Source: Lama glama (lineage: Eukaryota). Taken from it: a DNA stretch of 64,000 nt. Under the pieces are notes generated by a model. It made no database searches and was not told the DNA's origin. It saw only the letters and a program-made list of their open reading frames with translations. Shown here piece by piece: positions 13,301 to 25,158 of the stretch (position 1 is its first letter; each line of letters begins with the position of its first letter). The position numbers and the translations under genes were made by a program. The DNA is taken from contig CM052816.1 in NCBI GenBank assembly GCA_028534125.1, positions 100,690,001-100,754,000 of the forward strand, in the 5' to 3' direction.

Positions 13301-14759
13301 TTGGGGGGAAATGCGTCCATCTCAGTGGTCATAAAAACCTTAACTGCGTTTAAAACATGTTACTTGAGGAAGGACAAAAAATGTTTCTTAATATCCAGGT
13401 GAACAACCGCTTCTCTGCTTCACGGTCTGTGTGGGTTTTGATAGGGGCAGCGGATGAAAACCGTACAGGTAAGCTGGACCGCGAGCACTTCAGCCGCCGC
13501 ATCTCGTGGTGCGGCTCGTGGAGACAGCTCCCCGGCGGCAGTCTCACACCTCACTCCCGGAAATAATCCAGCGGTAAATACGCTTTCCGCAGAGTAAGTC
13601 GGGCACTTGCCACAGGTGCCCATAGAATTTTAAAGATACACCGTTTGGCTCTAAGTATGAAGCATACGTGATGTCACATGTGCCATTTCCTGGTAAGGAC
13701 GTGACTTCAGACACGGAACGTCTGTAGCAGATGAGCGGGTCCTGAGTATTTAAATGTGCCTCTAAGTCCAGCATCATCTCACTTCTTTCCACTGCAGCAG
13801 CCCCTCTACGTGGGGCCCCTGCAGGGGCGCCAGCCTGGCTGGGACCTCGGGGGGAACGCAGGTCCTCGGCCCCTCCTGCACCAGGCAGACAGAGGGCAGG
13901 GGCTGCCGCCCGCGTGCAGGGCCTCCCCTGCCCAGCAGGGGCCCTGGCCGCCCTGCCCCGCAGCAGGCGGGAGCCGTGGCCCAAGGGCTGTGCTCCCCTG
14001 CCGCCGACCCTGAGCACCTGGTCTGCTCCCCCGGCCACCAACGGGGTGAGGCGTTTCGCTGGAAGGCATTGTTTCCAGTTTCCCACCACGTGGCTGCATC
14101 GCCTGCTGCATCCCCGCGGGGCTGAGAACCAGCCATTTTAAAGTCAGAGTGGATCGGTCCCCTGTTAGGAATGCAAAGGCTCCGTTTTGCTTTTGTTCCT
14201 CCCCGTCCTGAGCGAGCTTTCGTGTTGTGACCGTCAGGGCTAGCCACGCAGACACTGACTCCTGGAGATCTCGGTGCCCCACGTTGGGAGATGTGGTCAC
14301 TTCTTTGACTCGCACCAAACTCTAGGAAATGCCTCTCTTCTGGGAACAAGCATTGGACAGCAGTTTCCAGTAAGGACCACAGAGCAGTGTGGCCAGGCGA
14401 GCCTCCCCCGTGGGAGCCCGGGGTCTCTGCCTCTGAGAACTCTGACCCCCTTCGCCCGGACCGCAGGCTCCCCTGGGCATTCGTCTTCTCCTCAGTGACT
14501 TCTCTACCTGCAGACTGACCAGCACTGCTCCCCAAACTGAGACACATGTCACCTGAATGTGTCACCCTGGGCGATGTCCATCCATTCGCTTACTCTGCAG
14601 CCCGGCCAGGGCCAGACCCTTGCTGGGTGCTTCAGACTGGGAGTCGAAGACTGATCTTGTGCTCACAGACCGAAGCATCATGAGACACAGCGGGCTGAGG
14701 GCAGGGGAGTGACGCCCAGCGTCGCGGGGTCAGAGGGGCCCAGGGGCCGATTCCAGGTG

Positions 14760-15150
14760 TGCAGTCTGTCCACCTGGCACACACGACCTCACAGGGGCCA
14801 AGGGCGAATTTTTGGAAATTTGGTAAGTTGGTTGTTAAGAGTCATTATTAAAGATTAAATGATTTCAGTGTAGAAGCAAGTAAATTATATCCTAAATATT
14901 GATAACAAACACTCAGAGCCCAGCCTTCCCTAATCATTGCGTACCATGTTGCTGCTACCAGGCCTTTGAGTTGTTTGCGTCTCTGGTCTGCAGATGGAAG
15001 TACATCTATTCTCGTGGCGCCTGCCGGCATCTAATTCTGCCCTCAGTGACGTCGTGTGGCAGGTTGACACTTGCACGGCGGGGGCACTTACACTGTCAAA
15101 ATCGGCAAATGCTGCAAACCAGGGCCAGCCCGACTGCTTGGTCCATCACG
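14760..15150 (+). mobile_element. MER63-like hAT-Blackjack DNA transposon (short form)
   Basis: aatttttggaaattttgg...ggttgttaa...cattattaaagattaaat...ttccctaatcatt...tcagtgacgtc...aaaatcggcaaatgctgcaaaccagggc follows the recalled MER63B consensus. Confidence 0.7.
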
Positions 15151-16639
15151 TGGACTCAGGAAATTGATAGGCGTGTCAGCAACGTGGCAGACTTAGCTGC
15201 CCTGTTCCCACGGCCGCTGCCTTGGGAGCAGCATGGACCGAGCACGCGTCCTCCCGCCATCCTGAAACAGTCCCCAGATTCGACAAGGAGACCACGCTCG
15301 CCATCGCACTGAGGATCGCGGGAGGGTCCGACCTACGTCTGCCTGCTTCTCCGCGTCTGACCCGTGCACGTGACTGGAAGGCGTGCCGGCCCCCGCGCCG
15401 GAATCGCAGAGGCCTGGCAAGTGTGCATGTGGGCTGTTTCCTCACAGCCACCCCGAGGCTACCTCTCCATCAGGCTCTGCTGAGGCCTGAATGAGGGTTG
15501 GACGTCCGCCCTCCCCAGGGACAGTGGTTATGTCTTCCAACACCAAAGGGAAGCGGGTGTGGCACAAAGTGAGACACTTTTCCCCCGTGTCCGTTTCTCG
15601 CGTCTCTGCACGCCTTGATCCCTGCTCATCAGGAGACGGTCAGCCGAGGGCTCCCTCGTCTTTGCTGGGGCGCCCTGGCCCCCGGGAGCCCCCCACGCTG
15701 TGTCACTGTCTGTGTCTCCAGAGGCCGTTCTAACCTCTGCCCGCCACTTGCTGGCGGCCCCCTCCCCGCCAGCTCCCCTGCCCCATCCATCCGGTTCCAT
15801 CACGAGAGGAAGTGGGGAGGCAGGCACGCAGGAGGGGCCTGTGCTTTCTTGTAAACGCACGGAGGACGGCTTCTGCTTGGGATGGGACCACGAAGGAAAG
15901 ATGGACTGAGAACCGGGGGCCCTGTCCCACCACCACGACTGAAGAGGACATAAGTTTTAGACTTGACATTAATTACCAGGGGAGGAGTGTCACCCCGTGC
16001 CTTACTCCCTGCAGAGCTGGGGGGACCAGCCCACGGCAACAGAAGAGGGCCATCATCCTGCCCCCTCCCCGGAAACGCCCTCTGACCCTCTCTGAGGGTC
16101 CTGCGGCCACGTGCACCTCGGGGAGACTTCTGGGGGGACTGGTGTACAGTGCCCGGCTTCCTCTCGCCCCAGGGGTCCTCTTCTGCCGTCGGGGCCAACA
16201 TCCACAGCTCCCACACGGGCTCAGGGCAGAAGAGGTGACGTCACAATGCCGGGCGCCTCCCGCCCAGGATGCCCTGGTCCCCGCAGAGGACGTGGCCCTG
16301 GCTACTCATGAAGCTGTGACCCCACAGCGGTGGAAAACCTGGCCCACTGAGGTACCGCGGGTTGCACTTTGAATAGCCTTTCCAGCAGGAGTTGGGCAGG
16401 GGTCTGCAGGGCGGCCTGGCGGAGGGAGACGGCCCGGGACTCAGACGCACCCCTTGGCTCCAGAGGCACCAGGGGCCTGTCTGCACTGGGCAGACGTGCA
16501 GCCCTGGGCCCCCCGATGCCAGGCCTCAGGTCTCCTCCTTCGGCCAGTCTTGTAGCCATTGGCCTGACGGGGACCAGGCCCGTGGCTACATCAGAACTCA
16601 GTGTTCTGTGTCCAGGGCAGGCCTCTCCAGCTGCCCCAC

Positions 16640-17025
16640 TGCCCTGGGCTGAACTGTGTTCCCGAAATGCATGTTGACCCCTTAACCTCCAGTCCCTCAG
16701 AACGTGACTCTGTTTGGAGATGGAGTATTTAAAGATGTGACTAAGTGGTCAAGGTCAAACGCGGCCATGAGCGTGGCCCTGATCCAAGAGGGCTGGTGTC
16801 CTTACAGAGATCCGGATGCAGACACACAGTGGGACACCCCGAGGACGCGGGGAAGACGGGGTCCGCACACCCAGGATGGAGGCTTCAGGAGGAAGCAGCC
16901 TACAGGCACCTTGCTCTCAGGCTCCCGGGCCCCAGGACTGGGAGAGGCACGCTGTCCGGTGCCGCGGCCCAGTCTGGGGGGCCCCCTCTGAGGCCCCGGG
17001 CAGCAGGGGCCCTGAGCACTGACCA
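16640..17025 (+). mobile_element. MLT1A/B (MaLR) solo LTR
   Basis: gggctgaactgtgttccc...catgttga...cctcagaacgtgactctgtttggagat...tttaaaga...ggccctgatccaa...ctggtgtccttacagaga; 3' half strongly GC-shifted. Confidence 0.8.
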
Positions 17026-17519
17026 GGCCTGGCTGGGCAGCCGCCTGTGCAGAAGTTCACAGAAGTCCCGTGTTTCATCCTTCAAGTCACACCAGAGCCC
17101 ACGCCCAGCCCTCAGCGCGCCGCTCTGTGATATCAATGTCTATTTCTCAGGACTTTGTCTCAAAAAGAGACTTTGGAAGGAGCTGCGTGTTTGGTTGGAG
17201 CTGAGCGTAGGGACCTCGGCGTGTCTCAGACACAGAGCAGAGCCTGAAGGGTGACGGGGAGTGGGGGACGGTCATCACACGCTTCCAGAAGTCCAGTGGG
17301 ATTCGGGGACTCTCTGGTAGCCAGACACCTTTGGACAGGGTGCCACCCCCCATGTCGTTTTCATGCTGTAGGTTTGAGCATTAAAAGCGGAGAGAATCCA
17401 GGCAAAATCAGAGTGGCTTCGTGTGCTTTTGTTCCATTTAGAGTGGTCACTGATCCCCAGAATGTGGCCAACACCGGGTCCCTGTGTCCCGAGGTGGACA
17501 CGCCCTTCGAAGGAGCCAA

Positions 17520-18300
17520 GGAAAAGTGACATCTGCCAAGCCACAAGTGTCCCCTGACCTTTCCGTAATTGCACATGTGGGCGAGCAGGCCCCAGATGCA
17601 TGGCGGCGGCCGTCCCTGCACCCAGACAAAATGAGCCCCCTTTAAAGTGAAATAGCATTATTGATCAAAGCGTGGGGGCTCAGCGGGCAAAGAAGGACCA
17701 GCTTGTGTCCCCCTACCCCCCTCCTCCCCGGTGCCCCTTGCATACTCCACCCCCTCTTGTTAACCCGGGTCAGATTGCACTCAGGTTCAGCATGCAAAAT
17801 TAATGACCAGCTTGCAATCGGAGGCAGCGTGGACCGAGCCTTGTAGTACAGCGTGATTACTCGGGTTTTTGTGAGCAGCCCGAGTGGCAGGCCCGGCCGC
17901 TGGTTTCTGACACATGGACGGGGACAGTCCAGGGCTCGCACAGCACAGACACTTCAAAGTCGCAGCCCTGCTGGCTTGGTTTACACCTGAGCCAATTAGC
18001 CTGGGAGATCAGAGGAGGCTGGACACGGATCCAGGCCCTACCTCTGGGCCGGCCAAGACACGTGATCGCAGGTGAGGCGATGCAGCCGTGGGAACAATGG
18101 CAGATGCGCCGAGGAGGAGCAGGAGCGGAGAGGCCGGGGCCGGCTGGGCGGCGGGCGGCCGGTGGGGCGCAGGGTGTTTGTCGGGCTTTTTTTGGCAACA
18201 AAGAGGCTAATTGAAATGAAACAGCCTGCAGTCTGTCTGCTGGCACATCAAATATGCCGTAAGATGTGCTGGGTCTTGCTGCTCCTGAATTATTGAACAT
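17520..18300. promoter_or_regulatory. Candidate enhancer (POU/homeodomain/SOX motifs)
   Basis: ATGCAAAATTAAT 17792-17804; AACAAAG 18197 next to TAATTG 18208; further TAATTG/CAATTA sites; no recognisable repeat. Confidence 0.35.
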
Positions 18301-21029
18301 CGTGGCTTCCAGAAGTACGGCGGGCGGACCGGAGGCAGCCGAGGAGGGGTGGGGGCTCTCGCCAAGGTGACGCTGCTCTGCTTCAGGCTCTGTTGGCGTG
18401 GACTTTTTTTTTTTTTTCAAGGAGGGAGAAGCTAGATCATTAAGAAATGGAGACTCCAAGTGTTCCGTGCGCCCTCTTAAACTCCCCATCAGTTCGGCAG
18501 TTGCACCAGGTCCCAACACCCCAAGTGCCCGTTTTCCCGGCTTGCCGTCAACACTGTGGCCACGGTGCCCCGCGCCTTCCGCACGGAGGTGCCGTCCGGG
18601 AGACCGGAAGCTTCCCACCTCCCCCGCGGCCGAGGAAGAGGCCCTATTTGAGGGTCGCGTTCCATCCGTTAACTGAACTTGTTCTGAGCAGCCTCGGGGG
18701 ACGAGCAACACTTTGCGCTGGAGACACGGGGCGCGGGCAGGGTTTGCAGGGGCTGGGCTCCCGCCTGGCGGGCAGGGACAGACTCAGGAACACATCCCAC
18801 GGATACGACCTGGCTGCCGCAGACCTGGAGGGGGCAGGCTGTCCTTAGAAAAGCCAGGAAGGGGAGCAGGCTGTGCACGTGAGGAACACAGGGGCGGCTG
18901 CGTGCATGTGAGCGTGTGCGTGTGCACGCGTGTGCGCCTGCTTTAATGGGGTGTGACGGTGCTGAACTGGGAGGGTGATGACAAGGGACGCAGGAAGAGG
19001 ACGGGGACCCGAATGCAGAGCTGAGCGACTCAATGACTCAAAGCCCAGAGCTGTGCCTTGTTGAGCTCATTAGCGACTTAAGGAGTGTTTTCATCTCTAC
19101 AAGAAGCTGTAATCGCAACCTCTCTGAACCTTCAAATAGGAGCAAGCCTCCAGCATCTCTCTCTCCCATGGTTCCCAATGGCTGCGTCTCAGGAGTGAGA
19201 GCTTGGCTCTAGTTTAGGCGCTGTCTCTGGACAGGCGGCCCGGATTTTAGCCAAGATGTGCACCACCATCGTTCCAGTAAAGACAGTGAGGTGGTGATGG
19301 CGGCCGACGGGGGGCCGGGGGCGAGTGACACTGGTGGGATGCCTCTTCCGAAGGCAGACCCTCGAGGGTCTCTCAGGAGAGACACAGCAAGTGGTGGCTA
19401 TCCCAGGGGGCGTTTCAGCACGCCTCCGCCATTCCCATGATTCTTTCTGATAACGCCAGATACTAAATTTAAAGCAGCACTTATGAGGTTTATGTGCGCT
19501 GAGAATCCAGTTCACAGCCGGGATTTACGGGGCATAACCTGGGGATGCCAGAGCCCAGGTCTGAAGGAGGTGTGACATGTGGAGTTGGATACAATTCTGC
19601 ATGGATGGCGGCGGGGGGACAGCTTCACCAAAGGAACTGTCCTTCACGAACCAGAGCCAACCACAAGCAGGAGGAACGGCAGGTGTCCAAGACGCAGGAC
19701 GCCAAGGCAGGTGGAGAACCCCCTCACAGCCCGGCTCCTGTCTGCCTGCACGTGACGCAGACAGAGAGAGACCGGGGCTCAGGTGGGCGGCGGCACCGAG
19801 ACTCCCGGGTCGGCCACGGTGAGCGGACGTGCCGCCCGGAGCTCTGAAGGAGGGGGTGGAGCTCCTTCTGTGCCAGGCTGCTCTGGGAGGAGGTCCAGGG
19901 AACCCCTGAGAAAGGTGAGCGTGGCCCTCGCCTGCCCCCTCTCTGCCCTTCTGGGAATTGCAGGCAATTACTTTTCCAAGTCCTCCCGGTGCAGAAGGCA
20001 GAGGGCGGGAGGGGGAGGGGAGGGGGCACTTGGGGAGGGTCTCAGGCAGCAGCCAGGTCTCCTCTGGCTCCAGGGAGGCTCGTCCTCCTGCGCCCCAGCT
20101 CTGATTAAACAGGCTGACCAAGGACCCACTTCCCATTTCCCTAGGCTGACCCCCAACCCAGGCCTGACACAGTGCCCCCCACCGCTGGCGTGGAGACATG
20201 CTCTCCTGCTGGCAAGGCCGGGCTGCCTCCGGCCCCGGCTTGGCCTCTCGGCCCCGACACTGGCACTGGCACTGGCATGGCACGGCTCAGGACTAGGGCC
20301 TCTGCTCCCTGACGATGCCGAGGGCAGGGGTCCAGGGCTCTCGCTGCCTTTGGACCAAAGCAGATCTGGGGTAGGGAGTGAACTGCTCTGAGTCCAGGGC
20401 GGAGGCCGGGGCAGGAATTCAGGTTGGGGGTGCTGGGCGGCAGAGTGTGGAACTGTGTGGAGGGCACAGGTTTTAAGGAGCCTGGTAGTGGAGGCAACAC
20501 AGCAGGGAGCAGCCAGACTCAGGAGCCGAACGTCAGCGTACACAGGGCCGAGGGAGATTAAGGGGGAGGCTTGGTCACAGCTGCCAAGAAAAATGGGCTT
20601 TACAGCATGACCTCCTTCATTGCTCCTGCCCTGGCCCCTGCACCCTAGAGGCTGAGACCACGTCAACAGCCCCCTGACGGCTAGGCTGGACCAGGCTGCA
20701 GTCCCGGCCCTCACCCTCCCTGTGGGCCAGCCTCTGCGCGCCTGCCTGTAAAGTGGAAGCAACAAAAACCCCTTCCTCTGGCAGCTCCGAGGAAGAGCCA
20801 GTGGAACGGCGGGTGGCTGGGGCACACGCGGGGTGCTGCCACGCGCTGGCTGTGGCACTTTGCCTTGTCCCCGGTCCCCCCCGCCCGCCCTCCTCCTAGC
20901 CCACTCGGCTCCAAGGGCTTCACCTCGGGCCGCTGCGTGTTGTAGTATTTTCCTGCAAGCTCTTCCTGCCTTCCTTTCTCTTCGCTAAGTCTGTCCTTCA
21001 TGGATCACCTCAAGTTTCATCAGTGTAAG

Positions 21030-22050
21030 GATTCTGTGTTTTACCTGAAGTAACATTGACTCCAAGCAGACTGGACTCAGTTTAAGATACTCATTGTAAT
21101 CTCTGAAGCAACAACTGAGAACTACTGCCAAGAGACGCAGCTAGAAAGTCAGTGAAGGAATTAAAATAAACGTCACGTCCGCGTGAGTCCTCGAAGAAGC
21201 GAACAGCAATGCGGGCCTAGCTGCAGAGAGGCTCCTAGGAGAACACGCCCCTGAGGGAGCAGGCTGCTGGGAGAGCCGTCAGATCGCAACGCAGACTTCC
21301 TTCCGCGCAAGAGAAGGAAGGAGGGACGTCGAGCAGAAGCCTTAGACTGTGACGTGGGCCCAGTAGAGCTTTGACAAGACCAGTGAGGGGGTCCTCAAAC
21401 ACAAGCCGCCCCTCTGGGAAGAGCCACGTCCTGCAGGAAGGGCCCCACGCTCTTCGACGGGGAGCTGGCTGTGGGGCGCGGCCCTCCTGCAAGCACGGCG
21501 ATGGGCGTCTGCTGCAGCGGCTGGAGGCTCAGCCAAGTTACTCTCTGCACTTAGAGGTCTGACAGGTAAACTCTCATGGCTGCCACCAAGACTGAAAATG
21601 CTTGATTAACATTAGAGGAGACTGGAAAAGAGGGACAGGAGGACAGAAGCAGCTAAGACAAATAAACAACATACAGCAGAATGGCAGACCTAAACGCCAC
21701 CACGCCAAGTACACTAGGCGTAAATGGACTAATCAAAGCAGAGACTGTCAGACTGAACAATAAAGCAAGAAAAACTCTATTCTGTCCAGCAAGGATGCAC
21801 TGCAAGTACTGGGACATAGAGACTGAAAGCAAACGATTGGGGGAAAACGCCAGGCCAGCTTCAATCATAAAAAGGCCAGGCTGGCTCTGCTAATATCAGA
21901 CAACAGGGGCTTCTGTCCAAGAGCTTGACGGGAGACACAAGCTCACTGTCACGTGGCAAAAGGGTCATTGCACGTGTTACACACCTCCCGTTGCACCAGG
22001 AAGGCGTGACCGTTGTAAGTACATATTCACCTGAGAACAGAGGTACGGAG
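21030..22050 (+). mobile_element. Ancient L1 relic: inter-ORF region and start of the ORF2 endonuclease, interrupted by an LTR
   Basis: ORF 21681-21893 begins MADLNATTPSTLGVNGL, like the L1 ORF2 N-terminus (..ITLNVNGLN); downstream ctaatatcagacaa and aaagggtca motifs; frameshifted. Confidence 0.75.
21172..21588 (-). mobile_element. ERVL solo LTR, LTR16-like, nested in the L1
   Basis: gagtcctcgaagaagc...ctgggagagccgtcagatcgc...ttagactg...ggggtcctc...ggcgatgg...tctcatggctgccac resembles a recalled LTR16-family consensus; L1-like sequence resumes on both sides. Confidence 0.55.
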
Positions 22051-23139
22051 CAGCATCTGACCTTGCACTTCAGTTTAGCCTGCAGCCCGTGGAGACTGCA
22101 GGCAGTGCCAGGTCCCTCCTGCCTCTGCCCCACGCCGCACGGGAACCTGCAGACGTCGCGAGGGGAACGTGGCCCTGAGAGCCAGGCTCCGTCACTGCCC
22201 GGGACCCGGCCCTCTACACCCAGCCGCGTGGCCGCTCCCCGAGCCTGCAAGCAGCTTTGCTGTCATGGTCTGTATTTTTATTCAGCCTTTCAGTTCTTTG
22301 CAGATGGACAGACTGGCCGACATAACTAGTGAATTCTAACAGATGCAGCCCAGGAAGCTGTTCCTGACGCTCTCCGGTCCCGGACAGCAGCGTGTCCGCG
22401 TGCCCCGCCCCCTCCGACACTGGCGCCTGCCGTCCCTCCTGGTAGCCATCACCATGCATTTTATTTGTATAATCGTGTTTACCATCTTTGTTTTGTACTA
22501 GGATTTAAGCTCACCAAGGGTGAAGACGTGTTTCTTTTGTCCATCACTCAATCTCCAACACTGAGGCCAACCCAAACAGAGACAGACAGTAGGTCAGTAG
22601 GCCTGTAGGTAGACAGAGAGACAGACAGGAAGAAAGGGAGGGACAGGTAGACAGAGAGGTGGATTCCAGGTGACGACAATGCAGAAAGACAGGTAAATCC
22701 GACAAACTGATGGACATAAAGCGAATAAATGACACACTTCACAGGTGCACTTCCAGGTCCTCCCTCCACACGGACCACCATGACTGCAGACACTTCCCCA
22801 GCTCAAAGGAAGCATCTCTAGGGAGAAGGAAGGAGAGCAAATTAGAAAAATTTCAGGAAAGTATGGTATACTTACAATTTATAGCTGGTTTTTTTTAAGG
22901 ACTCTTGAGAAGGGGTTTTGACTGGACATTTGAAACTTAGCTCACACTCACTCCTGCGTCAAGTCAAATGTGAGGGGAGACGGAGGGTCCTCAACCTGAG
23001 CCCTGGCTCCGCCGCGTGCAGTGCCCCCCATGCGCTGGCGGTGCCCAGACACTCCATGCCAGGCTCCCGCCCGCGAGGTCGGGCTGCTAGTCCTAGTCCG
23101 TGAGATGGACGAAAACACCAAGAGCGCCGCCTGGCAGAG

Positions 23140-23340
23140 AGTAAAACAAGCCGTTGAAAACGTCGCTATTAATGGTACGGGATGTGCTGGGACAGAATTA
23201 TAATCCGAACAAAAACAGCTTGCAAAGGAGGATCTTTGGACTATTTCCCTCAGATCACTCTTAACGGACCTCAGTCTTAATCCAATTAAAATTCACATTG
23301 ATTGATTCTTGCTCAATTATCCAGTAAGGACTCAACACTG
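23140..23340. promoter_or_regulatory. Candidate enhancer (K50 homeodomain and PBX motifs)
   Basis: TAATCC at 23201 and 23278, TGATTGAT at 23299, CAATTA twice, in an AT-rich patch of about 200 bp. Confidence 0.4.
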
Positions 23341-24883
23341 ACCCTGTGACGGTGGGTTTCGCACCTCTAAGCGGGAAGCCCTTTTATTCTCATGTTCCCG
23401 CTCCTGTGCTCCAAAGAGTCACAGGGGGACGCTCTTCAGAAGCTGTAGGTGAGGACCTTCGCTTGGGAAAACACGCACATTCTTCTTGGTCCTGCTCACG
23501 TTTAAACGGTGTGTTCTCACCGAGAAGACTTGCAGCTTCAGAACACTTTGCCGTCACTAATCTTTTCGCCACAACAGCATAACTGGTGTCCTTTCAGGGA
23601 GAGTTTTTGTGAAAATGAGTGTCTCAGCAGTGAGCAGAGACAGCCGGCCAGCAGCCCAACCAGCTCTCTCTCTCGGGAGGAGGGGACGCCTGCAGCATCG
23701 CAGGCCCGCACGTCCGCCCTCCGGTCCGCCTGCCGCCCGGCTGCCCAGGGCCTCGGGGGGGCCGTGTCACACCTGGCCTGCGGACGCCTCCACGGTGACC
23801 CGCTGCATGGCCTCCTGTCTTTGCTGCACACCTGACCCAGATTCACCCACGGCTCCTGTTTCACTTCCTTCAAGGACAAACAAGAACTTTTCAAGCAGGT
23901 TTCTTTATTAATTGCATCGAACTTGGGCTTCATAGAAACAGCTCTTTTTGTTCAAATGCGTGTTTTATCTTTTAAGTAACATTTGTTGAGTTGGATCAGC
24001 CTGATAACATATGCAAGTGTCACTGGCAATGCCAGGAGCAGAGCGTGTGTGGGGAGCCGAGGGCCCGCGGCTCCAGCTGTTCCTCTGAGCGAGCAGAGGG
24101 CCCTGGACGGCCAGGCAGATGTCTGCCACACAGTGGTGACAGCACTGACAAAGATAGCTCTTCCCTGCCTTCATCCAAACCCCTCTAACCCCAAAACCAC
24201 TGACTCCAGCCAGCCAGCTCCCTCCCTCTCTCTGAGCTTACTGGCAACAAACGTGATTTATTTCTCGGCTGCATCTCGTTGACAACGCACCAGGGGCTGA
24301 GTGATGGACGGCGGTTCCTGTCCACCCGGGAGTCTGGGCGGCAGGAGGCGTCCGTCACACCTTCATCCCAGGAGCAGCGACAGCAGTACCGTTAGGAGGA
24401 AGATGCCAGGCTGCCTGCCACGCTGAGGACCAGGCTGCTGCTGGGTGTGCGAGTGTGAAGAGAACGCCTCGGGGGCCAGCGCCCGGCCACCAGCCACCCC
24501 AGGGCCCATCTGAGCCGGCATGGGATCAGATTCTAGAAGAGACTGTGGACTGAATGGACTCGGGACTGTGGCTTCCCCCGGCTGAGCCCAGCACACACGC
24601 TCCCAGCAGCACAAAGTAACCGTGGTTTCCCTTCCTGTACAGACGTGTGTTTCTGTTTCTGGTGTTCCTGGCTTTCATAATTTTCTTTCACCCGCCACCT
24701 GTCTGCACCCAAACTTTCTGCTGGAGCAGTGGAACACATCACGCCAAAGAGACGTGGCCTCACACAGAAGAACGTCTTCTTGCCTCACGCAGGAAGGAAG
24801 TCAAGAGCGAGGCGTGGTGAAGTGAGAGCAAGTTTACGTAGAGACACACGTTCCCCAGCGAGAGTGGGCCGGCTCAGAGGCAA

Positions 24884-25158
24884 GGGGGGAGACGTGGGGA
24901 GATGGGGGGAGATGGGGGGGAGACGAGGGAAGGACAAGAGGGGAAGGCGAGGGGTGGACGAGAGGGGGACGTGGTGGGGAGATAAGGTGGGGGACGAGGG
25001 GAGGAGATAAGGGGGGACGAGCGGGGGGCGAGGGGGGACGAGTTGGGGAGATAAGGTGGGGGACGAGGGGAGGAGACAAGGGGGGACGAGCGGGGGGCGA
25101 GGGGGGACGAGAGGGGGACGAGGGGGTAGACGAGAGGAGGATGGGGGGACGGGGGGGC
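24884..25158 (+). repeat. G-rich polypurine minisatellite with a 69-bp tandem duplication
   Basis: Unit tggggagataaggtgggggacgaggggaggaga(t/c)aaggggggacgagcggggggcgaggggggacgag starts at 24975 and 25044; many G4-G7 runs. Confidence 0.9.

Noticed and set aside
13398..13473. Possible short exon (ccag|gtgaac...acag|gtaagc)
   Set aside because: Weak acceptor, unrecognisable peptide and no partner exons.
17857..20858. Several 200-296 aa ORFs on both strands
   Set aside because: Overlapping Pro/Gly/Arg/Ala-rich frames typical of stop-poor GC-rich non-coding DNA; no homology recognised.
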